From Octopus bimaculoides (Eukaryota), in the NCBI RefSeq assembly GCF_001194135.2, contig NC_068983.1, positions 10,457,103 through 10,496,951 on the forward strand: a DNA stretch of 39,849 nt, written 5' to 3'. The notes under the pieces were generated by a model. It was given only the letters and a program-made list of their open reading frames with translations. It was not told the DNA's origin and searched no databases. Shown piece after piece: positions 23,421-34,279 of this stretch (position 1 is the first letter of the stretch; the number at the start of each line of letters is the position of its first letter). A program made the position numbers and the translations under genes.

Positions 23421-24309
23421 CTCTTTTACTTGTTTCACTCATTTGACTGTGGCCATGCTGGAGCACCGCCTTTAGTCGAGCTAATCGACCTCAGGACTTA
23501 TTCTTTGTAAGCCTAGTACTTATTTTATCGGTCTCTTTTGCCGAACCGTTAAGTTACGGGGACGTAAACACACCAGCATCAGTTGTCAAGCGATGTTGGG
23601 GGACAAACACAGACACACAAACACACACACAAACACACATATGATGGGCTTCTTNNNNNNNNNNNNNNNNNNNNNNNNNNNNNNNNNNNNNNNNNNNNNN
23701 NNNNNNNNNNNNNNNNNNNNNNNNNNNNNNNNNNNNNNNNNNNNNNNNNNNNNNNNNNNNNNNNNNNNNNNNNNNNNNNNNNNNNNNNNNNNNNNNNNNN
23801 NNNNNNNNNNNNNNNNNNNNNNNNNNNNNNNNNNNNNNNNNNNNNNNNNNNNNNNNNNNNNNNNNNNNNNNNNNNNNNNNNNNNNNNNNNNNNNNNNNNN
23901 NNNNNNNNNNNNNNNNNNNNNNNNNNNNNNNNNNNNNNNNNNNNNNNNNNNNNNNNNNNNNNNNNNNNNNNNNNNNNNNNNNNNNNNNNNNNNNNNNNNN
24001 NNNNNNNNNNNNNNNNNNNNNNNNNNNNNNNNNNNNNNNNNNNNNNNNNNNNNNNNNNNNNNNNNNNNNNNNNNNNNNNNNNNNNNNNNNNNNNNNNNNN
24101 NNNNNNNNNNNNNNNNNNNNNNNNNNNNNNNNNNNNNNNNNNNNNNNNNNNNNNNNNNNNNNNNNNNNNNNNNNNNNNNNNNNNNNNNNNNNNNNNNNNN
24201 NNNNNNNNNNNNNNNNNNNNNNNNNNNNNNNNNNNNNNNNNNNNNNNNNNNNNNNNNNNNNNNNNNNNNNNNNNNNNNNNNNNNNNNNNNNNNNNNNNNN
24301 NNNNNNNNN

Positions 24310-24745
24310 AATTTGACATCGCTGCCCTAAACTGTGTCTCATTTCGAGCCATCGGTTCGTCTGGTATCGTGGATAGAATAGTGTCGAGTTTTGTTTTGAA
24401 GACCTCTACATCCATGTCTTGCAGGTCTCTCAATTGTTTTGGCAGGGCATTAAAGAGCTGAGGTCCTCTGAAATCGAGGCTGTTGCAATACCTCGTTCTT
24501 ATGTGAAATGCAGTGGACCTTGGTACTATGCAGTGGCAACCTGTGCGGGCATTCTAGATGCCAAAGTTTGGTACCAATCCTTCCAGTATTTTCCATTTGT
24601 ATATTATTACATATCTCTACCGCCTGCGTTCCAGGGAGTAGAGACTTAGTGCCTTCAGTCGCTCCATGTAGTTCATCTACTGGACTGTGGCGATCTATTT
24701 TGTATAGTGACGCTGAATTGCCGCGAGTTTTGCTGTCATGATATC
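24310..24745 (-). mobile_element. CR1-like non-LTR retrotransposon ORF2 C-terminal fragment (pseudogenised)
   Basis: Minus-strand translation YMERLKALSLYSLERRR*RYVIIYKWKILEGLVPN...FNALP...FKTKLDTILSTIPDEP...SN, with in-frame stops. Confidence 0.8.
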
Positions 24746-27485
24746 ATGCGGAGGAAGTAAATTTTTCATTCGGATAAATGTATGTATGTATGTATGGGTA
24801 AGATGTGTTGTCTCAATAAAAGCTCCCACCGCCCACGGCAAATCATCCATTCGCCTCTGTCTTGTCTAATTCTATCTCTTTATTATAGATCTCTATCTTT
24901 TTCTTAACTCGAAAACTGGGTTTTATGCTAAATCTATTTCTTTTGGAGACTGTACTCTGGGGGAAATCTCAATCTTCCGACTTTCAACTGGGGTGACATG
25001 ATTCGGAACAACCACGAAGAACAGAAATTAAGAGAATTTTTGCCATTGTTAACCTATCAATAAATTAACATGCATCTAATCCACACACACATTAGATCTA
25101 ATCCACACACACACGCACACGAAAAAAGCAAAACCATTTCGTACTTCAAAAAATTTAACTGATGATAATTCTCTGATCATTTTGTGTGTGTGCGCGTGTT
25201 GAGAGCATTAAAAATAATTCTATTTCTATTCCTAAGTCGTTGGTGCCGGACAAAATGCTCAGCGGCATTTCGTCCGTCTTTATGTTCTGAGTTCAAATGC
25301 CGCCGAGGTTTACTTTGCTTTTCATCTTTTAGGGGGTTTTAGCGAGGTAGAAAAGATGCATGTGGCTAAGGCTCTGGTATTATTATAATCTTCTGGTTTA
25401 ATAAGAGTCATGATGAAGAACATCAAGAAATACGAAGACAAGTTAAAGTTGACTGCCGGTTATTTCGCCGCTAAAAGAAAATACAGCAACTGGTGTACAT
25501 GGATATTTCTGTTAATTAAAATACATAGGTTCCTTGTGCTTCTTGAAGATGGAGATTTACACAGGAAAAACACAAAAAAAAAAAAACAGAGACAAAAATA
25601 TCTCCACTGAAATCTCAAAAGCAATCCTTTATTTTTATAGCCATCGGGTAGCTTCAGACAGGCTATATTTTTGGCTGTGGTGAGGAAAGGTTTGATTAAA
25701 CGGTACGCACAGGTATGGTCATGTGACCACTTGCAGAAAAACCCTTGTAAGAGCCAAATTAGGACTATTTAACGCGAAACCGCCGAAATACAGACTGTTC
25801 TGTTGATACTACAGGGTCAATAAAATAATTACCAGTTGAACACTGAGGTTGATGTAATTGATTAGCTCCCAATCTAACAATTTCAGGCTTTGTGCTTATT
25901 GTAGAAATNNNNNNNNNNNNNNNNNNNNNNNNNNNNNNNNNNNNNNNNNNNNNNNNNNNNNNNNNNNNNNNNNNNNNNNNNNNNNNNNNNNNNNNNNNNN
26001 NNNNNNNNNNNNNNNNNNNNNNNNNNNNNNNNNNNNNNNNNNNNNNNNNNNNNNNNNNNNNNNNNNNNNNNNNNNNNNNNNNNNNNNNNNNNNNNNNNNN
26101 NNNNNNNNNNNNNNNNNNNNNNNNNNNNNNNNNNNNNNNNNNNNNNNNNNNNNNNNNNNNNNNNNNNNNNNNNNNNNNNNNNNNNNNNNNNNNNNNNNNN
26201 NNNNNNNNNNNNNNNNNNNNTTTTTTCTTTCTTTGTCTTTCTTTTGTAATATATATGTATTATATACATCTTATATATGTAATAAAATTTGTTTTGTCTC
26301 CAGAAATCATTTCCCAATTTGTACCAGATACTGAAAAACTGCACAAAGGACAACGGAAATTCCATTCAAAATATATTTTTCTAAGAGGAAAAAAAGAAAA
26401 ATTTATGAACAACCACATCCCCATATGTGTTCTCTCTCCACGCTTCGTAATTGGGATTATTTATTTATTTCATATGTAGTGGAGTCACCAAAATGTGGTA
26501 TGTTTTTGTTTAGTGTCGGTGCGATAGGCATGTATTTGCCTGTGAAATGACAAAATGATAACTGGTTCAACTATAACATTTTTTGTTAATTTTTACACAT
26601 ATATATTTCCTTTATTTTAATTCATCTGCAGTTTGGCAGAATTATAATTCTTTACGTTCTGAGTTCAAATCCTGTCATAGTTAATTTTGAGTTTCATACC
26701 TTCTGAGGTGTCGATAAATCAAAGTTTACTCTCAAATGCCTGGATTTCTTCCTATTTTTGAAACAGTTATTACTTCTGTCGTCACTATTCTTTTATAATT
26801 CCCTTGGTGGACAAGACAAAAACTTACTGCTTTTCTTTTCCTTTCTTGTTTCCGTTTTAAAATAAATAAATTTCCAGTATTCTACAATAAACAGTGCAGG
26901 AGGGTGGGACGTTTGTACCTTTTACAAGGTCGTAAGTAACACAAGTGAAGTGAAACAGCCTCAACCTAGAATCGAACCTATTTCACCGGCTTAGCAAGCA
27001 GGAATTTATTTATCGTTCTGAAATGCTTATCATGCTTGTAAATATTAAAAATAAATAAAAATCTGTCATATAACTTCAGGTGATTAGTCCAGTTTTGCTT
27101 TATTTCAGTAAAATAATATATATTTGGAAACGGTTGGCGTGAGAGGAGTATAATTTACGAAGACATTTGGAATCGTAACTTGTAACTTCTAACGTTGTCC
27201 AATTATTTAATGTACAATTAAATTGACGTAGTTGAACAAGTGTTCAGCTGTTTTCACTTTCAAATTCGTAGATATACGATGATTTATATGTAACTTGTTT
27301 TTAAAATAAATTTATATATAACATGAACAACTTTATTTAATTATGTGAATTTCAAAATATGATTTTTTAAATAATAAAAAATATAAATTTATTCAATTTT
27401 CGTCTCATGCTTTTCTCAACGATATTACACGAGCGAAACACATTTCAAGTTTTAGAAGCAACTCATTCCTGACTTTCTTAAAAGA

Positions 27486-27968
27486 ATGTCCGTCCGCACA
27501 ACTTCTACTGTTCCTACCTTAACTACTGTGTTATACAGGTATGTTATCCAGTGTCACAGGAAAGCAAGAAGATTCCCAGCTTTGTTATTATTCACAAATA
27601 ACAACGGAAAGAAATGCTGGTCGTCGTTTGTTAAAAAGTGGAACACATGTGAAGCATTGACATTGCGTGTGTCCCTGGCGACTCCTCCAGCATTAATCGA
27701 AACGGGCTTAATTCAAAAGAAATTACTCAGCAATCAAACACCCATCGATTACAACACACAATGCTGGAAATGTCATAAAACTAGAAGTCCGAACAAAGAT
27801 ATTTTCTTCTGCTTTTGTGGTGCTATTCTTTCGCCTTCCAAGAACCTCACATATTTCAAATTACTAGGACTTGAGGAAGGTTTTGAAATCGATAGTGACA
27901 TCCTGACACGACGATATAAAGATTTGCAAAGAATTCTTCACCCTGACAAGTTCAGTCAAAAATCAGAG
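27486..27968 (+). CDS. HSCB: Fe-S cluster co-chaperone HscB/HSC20, exon 1 (161 aa: presequence, Cys knuckle, J domain)
   Basis: CWKC...FFCFC cysteine motif, YFKLLG start of the J domain, YKDLQRILHPDKF with the HPD motif. Donor GAG|GTATTA, phase 0. Confidence 0.95.
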
Positions 27969-30129
27969 GTATTATTGATCTCCTTTGAGATTTATTCATT
28001 TGTTTGTTTACTTTCGCTGTTGTTACGTAATTCAGAAATGTCCCCATGTGTTTAAACACTTCCGAACAGGATGGAAAAATTACTGACGTTGTTTTATAAA
28101 TAGTATTGTAATTAAATGATCAAATATTATGGACTTTCTCGAGATTGCATTTTTTAATGTTCTATTCTTTTGGTGACCACCCTAAAATAGTAATAAGTTT
28201 ATGGGCAGTTGCGATCGAGCTCCGGTTCAGAATCTTAGACGTAGACAGCTTTTAAATGTTTATTGAGGCATACTTACACAAGTATGCCCCGTCTTTGTTT
28301 TCCTCGTAACATCCAGGAAATGTATAACTTATGAAATTTCCTACAAATATGCTTCAGGTGGTGTAGATGACGATTATATCGAATTTGTTGAGAAAATGCT
28401 TTCCGATGAGTTTCGGAAAATTCACATGAGTCGAATTTGTTTTCTCACAACTCTCAGAAAAAAGGGTGTTTTTTTAATGAAATTTTCTTCAAATATCTTT
28501 CAGATGGTGTAGATTACGATTATACCGGAATTTTATGTGCAAAATAAAATTGGGCGGACCTGGCGCACAGTCAACCCCGACCTTTCCGATTTTTTTCCAC
28601 CAGATTCCTGTGTTTTCGATGATGGAGCAGGGTCGGTTTTGGGGGTGGTGAGTGAGCGCCAGGTCACGTACTGACATCATAATTTTTTTTTAGAAATTTC
28701 AAGTTTCATTTTGTAGATATATGTGATGTGTGTCTGTATGTGTGCGAGTCCACCAATTCTTCTAACATTAAATTCCGATATAATCGTAATCTACACAATC
28801 TGAAATATATTTGTAGAAAATTTCATTTTTCTGAAAGTTCCGAAGAAACAAAAGCCGACACATGTGAATTTTCCAAAACTCCTCTCCCCACCCTGAGAAA
28901 CATTTATTTTCACAACAAATTCCAATATAATTGTAATCTAAACTATCCGAAGCGTTTTTATAGAAAATTTCTCTGGAAGTTATGAAGAAACAAAATCGGT
29001 GGGGCGCACTTGTGTATGTAAGCCTTTATTAATACGTATAAGAGCTGTAGATTTCATTTTGTTTTGTTTCCTTCTATGTGACCTTTTTGCCCATATTATT
29101 TAATAATTAGCTAAATTGGTTTGATGTATTTCTCGCCACGTTGTCTATTACTGTTTATTATGTTACATGTGTTATATATCATTTCAATATCACATGGTCT
29201 CATCATATTGCAACCTCTCCGGAATTACCACCGTGCCTGCCAAAAATCAAATTAATTTTTCTCTTCATCTTCTATCTTTTTTCAATTTTAATTAATTAAG
29301 ATTTCCTTGTAGCTAACCTATTTCGATTTTTTTTTCTTCTTGTTCTGGAGTCGTTGCTCTTTCCTATTTTGAGTTGAATTAAGGTTTCGATGGAGTATAT
29401 CTATGGATTTTAGCCAACATATATGTGTAAATATCTTATCTTTATCTTTTACTTGATTCACTCATGAGACTATAGCTGTGCTTGAGCGCCGCCTTGAAGA
29501 GTTTAAGTAGAGCGAATTGACGCCAGTATTTTTGTTAAAGCTTCGTAGTTATATCGATCACTTATATCGATCACCCCGATAGGTTACGGGGACGTAAACA
29601 CGCACCAATACTGTCGAACGGTGGTGGGAGACAGACAGGAAAACCTTCCGCCCGTCCCTCCCCCCATTTTCTCCCAAATTTGTTTATTTAAAAAATTATT
29701 TTTGCCCAAAATCCCCTTTTCGGATACCGGAACCTCCGGAAAATTGTCAAAAATCGGTATTGTGAAATTCCCTCACCTTTCCACCCCAACTTCTTCTCCA
29801 ACACTAACACTAACCCTAACCCTAACCCTAAAACTGTAACCGTAAGTACAGAAATATTTTGAAATTGTTGTCCGAATCATAATGTCCGTATTTTTCCGCA
29901 TACTTAGAAAAAAAAAATTTTTACGAATGTTTTTGGAAATTTTTTCAAGAATCATAATCTCCGTATTTTTCCGCATATTTTGGGAAAAGAAAATTCTGAA
30001 AAAAGTTTAAAATGAAGGAAATGGGGGTGTGATAATTTTAAAATGTCGACTTTTGTCAATTTTTTTGCAGATTCGTATTCCCCGTAGCCGCAAAGCGGAG
30101 TTTGTGTGGAAAAAAAATTTCTTAAGAGT

Positions 30130-30483
30130 GGTTTGGTGGTGGTGGGGGTGGTGGGGGGTCTTGCTGGAGCACTGCCTTTAGTCGAACAAATTGACCCCAA
30201 GACTTATTCTTTGTAAGCTAAGTACTTATTCTAGCAGTCTCTTTTGCCAAACTGCTAAGTTGCAGGGATGGAAACACACCAACAACAGAGACAAACACAG
30301 GCACACAAACATATGTGTGTGTGTGTGTATATATATATTTATATACACGATGGGCTTCTTTCAGTTTCCATCTACCAAATCAACTCGCAAGGCTTTGGTT
30401 GGCCCAAAGCTATAGTAGAAGACACTTCTCCAATGTGCCACACAGTGGGACTGAAATCAAAACCATGTGGTTGGGAAGCAAGC
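30130..30483 (-). mobile_element. Family A SINE (reverse strand)
   Basis: Reverse complement of the 18703 element. Further partial copies lie near 3730-3940(+), 4700-4850(-), 5508-5780(+), 8735-8870(+), 22545-22745(-), 23420-23653(-), 29440-29640(-), 33040-33335(+) and 39715-39849(+). Confidence 0.85.
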
Positions 30484-30628
30484 TTCTTACATCATCATCA
30501 TCGTTTAACGTCCGCTTTCCATGCTAGCATGGGTTGGACGATTTGACTGAGGACTGGTGAACCAGATGGCTACACCAGGCTCCAATCTGATTTGGCAGAG
30601 TTTCTACAGTTGGATGCCCTTCCTAACG
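30484..30628 (-). mobile_element. Short RTE tail fragment (reverse strand)
   Basis: catcatcatcgtttaacgtccgctttccatgctagc... is the reverse complement of the 11668 tail. Confidence 0.8.
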
Positions 30629-32398
30629 CGTAAATTTTTCAACACTTTTTTTATATTCCTTATCAAAACTTATAAGAGAAATCAATCACTGATGTGATGT
30701 TTATTCTAGAAAGAAGCAAATTGTAGTAAAATGAGGAAGGTCAAGGTTTCTGTTGCTGCTGAGTCCCTGGTCAGCTCTGAGTGACCAAACCTATTATCAG
30801 AAATGTTCCAACTATAACCATCCAGTGTGTTTTTTCCATGCACAACACAGCCAGGGCTCAGTCAAATGTCTTGTTTGATTTTAAAACAAAAGGATATGAT
30901 TTGAGGAAGATTTGGCTGTTATTTTTAGGTTGAGTGACTGTATAAGGTTTATTTCCATAATTTGAGACAGGGATTTATTGTTCTTGTTGTTTAGCTTTAG
31001 GTCAACCCTGATCAATGTCCTTCCGTTCGTGGCCATCCAGTATTTTTAGTGATATGTCTAGGGTTACTTTATCCAATATGTCTGTTCCCTATTTAGGTAG
31101 TATGATACAATTTGTGAGAGATTTGGCCATGTTTTCCCCCACACACATAAACTGGTTACCATAATCTGTCCTTGAAATGAAAATTTGGGCTAGGCAACGC
31201 ACTCGGAATGGACAAGGATGACCAAAGAATACTTGGTGTAGAACTGTTAAAGGAAAGCTGAAAGAAATGCCCCTTCCATGCAACAAAGCACTGAAAATTG
31301 CTAAAGACCTGTTTGAATGATGTCAAATTAATCGACGCTTGTATATTTTGTCAGATTCCTTATATAACCTATTTATCTGTGCTAAGAGACAGTAATCCAC
31401 GTTGATCTGTAATATAATAGGTAATCTAGCTGTCTGGCAAGTGTTGGTACATCATTTTTGACTTGTCCGAAGACCTGTTCTTCTTTTCCTGTCTCAAATT
31501 GGAAATAAGAGAATAAAGTAAGAAATAGCACTGTATTGTATTGTATTTTTAAAAACAAAACTAAAGCCGACCATTTCCCAGTGCGCGAAATGGTTTGATT
31601 TATATTAACGTAATTTTGTATTATTGTGAGCTGTTACTTTTAAACTGATATCAATGACTATAAGGGAGATAAGTCTTGCCTAGTGTAGATGGACAGCGGC
31701 TTTGACAAAGTCGACCTCGGCAGAATTTGAACTCTGAACACAAAGACGGATAAAATACCGCTAAACATTTTTCTCCACATGCTAACGATTCTACTAGTGT
31801 GCGGCCCTAACTTGGTAAATTATAAATAAATATTGGTAGAATATTTAGGTGTGAAGTATATTAGACAGGAAACAGAAAACGAAAGTTTTGGTGAAAGGAA
31901 GTTTCAAAAATAACTCCTTTCTATCATATACTTTGTCAGATTCCTTATATAACCTATCCATCTGTGTTAAGAGACAGTAATCCATGTTGATCTGTAATAT
32001 AATTGGTAATCTAGCTGTCTGGCAAGTGTTGTTACATCATTTTTGACTTGTCAGAATACCTGTTCTTTTCCTGTCTCAAATTGGTGTTTATAATCATAAA
32101 CAGGAATCATCATAGCCAAAAAGATACAGCAAACTATGTATTTGATATACACTTATTTATGAATGGTGTGAATATATCAGTCTTTTCGTGATAAACTTAA
32201 TCCTTTGTGTGGTTTAGTATCACTGCCTGACCTTGCTGGCCTTTGGCAGAACCCTCTCTAAGCATTAGAATATTGTCCCTGGAATTGTAATTTCTGTCTT
32301 CTTTTGCAACTACCAATCCTGAACCCCTTAAAAAAAAAAACATTGCATCCCCCTCTCCCATTTTCACTAATATTAATGTCTGTATTATTCTCTTTCAG

Positions 32399-32776
32399 AT
32401 GGAAAGAACATTTTCAGCTGAACAGTCTTCCCTGGTCAATCTTGCATACACCACTTTGCTCAAGCCATTATCTCGTGGTCAGTATTTGTTGGACATAAAC
32501 GGGACTTCTCTAGATGAAACCACACAAAGTAATGACTTTGATTTCTTATCCAATATCATGAAAACCAATGAAGATTTGGAGAATGTAACTAATGTTGAAG
32601 AGCTTCAGATTATCGAAGATCTTAATATACGGAATTTGAACCAGTGCTATGAGATTTTATCTGAAGCATTCCGTCAAAAGGACTTAGTTGGTGCCAAAGA
32701 GGTTCTGATGAAGTTGAAATATTTCGTAAACATAGATGATAAAATTAAAGAAATGGAACTGTATGAAAGTTTATGA
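32399..32776 (+). CDS. HSCB: HscB/HSC20 exon 2 (125 aa; end of J domain and C-terminal IscU/LYR-binding domain)
   Basis: Acceptor tctctttcag ends at 32398, phase 0. SSLVNLAYTTLLKPLSRGQYLL and AF...AKE.L.K.KYF.NI..KIK match the HscB family. Total protein 286 aa. Confidence 0.95.
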   Translation: MERTFSAEQSSLVNLAYTTLLKPLSRGQYLLDINGTSLDETTQSNDFDFLSNIMKTNEDLENVTNVEELQIIEDLNIRNLNQCYEILSEAFRQKDLVGAKEVLMKLKYFVNIDDKIKEMELYESL

Positions 32777-32983
32777 TTAATAGTTTCAAATAGAATTTCT
32801 CTTTCAAAAAATGTTACATAGTCTTCAAAGGAACATTCATAATTTCAGTTACCACTTCAAGATGTTTATTCAGAATAGTGTTGTTTTGAAAGCTAACTCA
32901 CATTCTCATTGTAGGAGATGTATAAAGTGGTATTCCAATAATCATGTAATCTATCATTCTAAATATTACTCTTTCAATTTGGG

Positions 32984-33035
<52 letters not shown>

Positions 33036-33090
33036 TATATATAAAGCTTTGTGAGTGGATTTGGCAGATGGAAACTGAAAGAAGCCCATC

Positions 33091-33132
<42 letters not shown>

Positions 33133-33692
33133 ATTTGTGTGTCTGCGTTTGTCCCCCCACCATCGCTTGACAACCGATGTTAGTGTGTTTACATCCCGGT
33201 AACCTAGTGCTTTGGCAAAAGACACTGAGGAAATATGTACTAGGCTTACAAAGAATAAGTTGTGGGGCTGATTTGTTCAACTAAAGGTGGTGCTCCAGCA
33301 TGGCCACAGTCACATGACTGAAACGAGGAAAAGAATAATATATATAATATATATACACACACATACATGAGTATGTTATATGTACTTAGTATTGATTTAA
33401 TTAAAAATTTTATCATAATTATTGATCATTTAGTAATTTAATACATGGAGCATACATGTAATCATATGCATACATATATGAAATCTGTGTACTTTTATTT
33501 TCTGTATATAATCGAAACATTAAATATATAACATAGATGTAAATCACATGTAATTCATATATGTATATAATGAACATACTTGTCATCCCTCTCCATATGT
33601 ATTCCCCTCCCTCTCCATATGTATTCCCCTCAAACACTTTTTTCCTAATATATAATCTAATATCTAATCTATATATGTGTTAGCTTGTAAAA

Positions 33693-33795
33693 TATAGATG
33701 TTTTCAATCTAGTTTGGATTCTTTGCCATCAAATTTGATTACAAAGAATTCAAATTTGATGGCAAAGAATCCAAACTAGATCGTAAACATCTATA
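33693..33795. repeat. Hairpin with a perfect 32-bp stem
   Basis: 33707-33738 is the exact reverse complement of 33750-33781, with an 11-nt loop. An outer 11-bp pair adds to the stem. Confidence 0.95.
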
Positions 33796-34056
33796 ATTTT
33801 TAACTTGCTAGCTTTAAAAATTGCAATTTATTAAATTTACCAATTTATGTGTAATATTCCATAGTTTAGACTAGTCCTCTCGTTCCATTACTATTCTTAT
33901 TCAATCTTGCACCTTTCTATTTTTCAAAACAAGGAAGGATGCAATATAGAGAGATTTGACTGCAATTAGGGAAACCTCGTATATCTTTCCTCATATACTT
34001 ATACTTATATCAGTTGAGTCAATTACTTCTGAATAACAGATATTGTTTTCAAGTGA

Positions 34057-34279
34057 AGGTGGCGAGCTGGCAGAACCGTTAGCACACCGGGCGAAATGCT
34101 TAGCAGTATTTCATCTGCCATTACGTTCTGAGTTCAAATTCTGCCGAGGTCGACTTTGCCTTTCATCCTTTCGGAGTCGATAAATTAAATACCAGTTATG
34201 CACTGGGGTCGATGTAATCGACTTAATCCCTTTGTCTGTCCTTGTTTGTCCCCTCTATGTTGTGGGCAATAAAGAAATA
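34057..34279 (+). mobile_element. tRNA-derived SINE with Deu/Nin-like domain (family B), flanked by a 19-bp TSD
   Basis: A box, B box GAGTTCAAATT, and gactttgcctttcatcctttcg..gtcgataaattaa.taccag. TSD agatattgttttcaagtga at 34038-34056 and 34280-34298. Confidence 0.92.

Noticed and set aside
8951-26479. Long ORFs spanning N gaps (e.g. 383, 297, 292, 284, 195 aa)
   Set aside because: Artefacts of X-translated assembly gaps flanked by SINE/LINE sequence.
27969-28055. C-terminal tail VLLISFEIY... of the 189-aa ORF
   Set aside because: It is read-through into the HscB intron past the GT donor at 27969.
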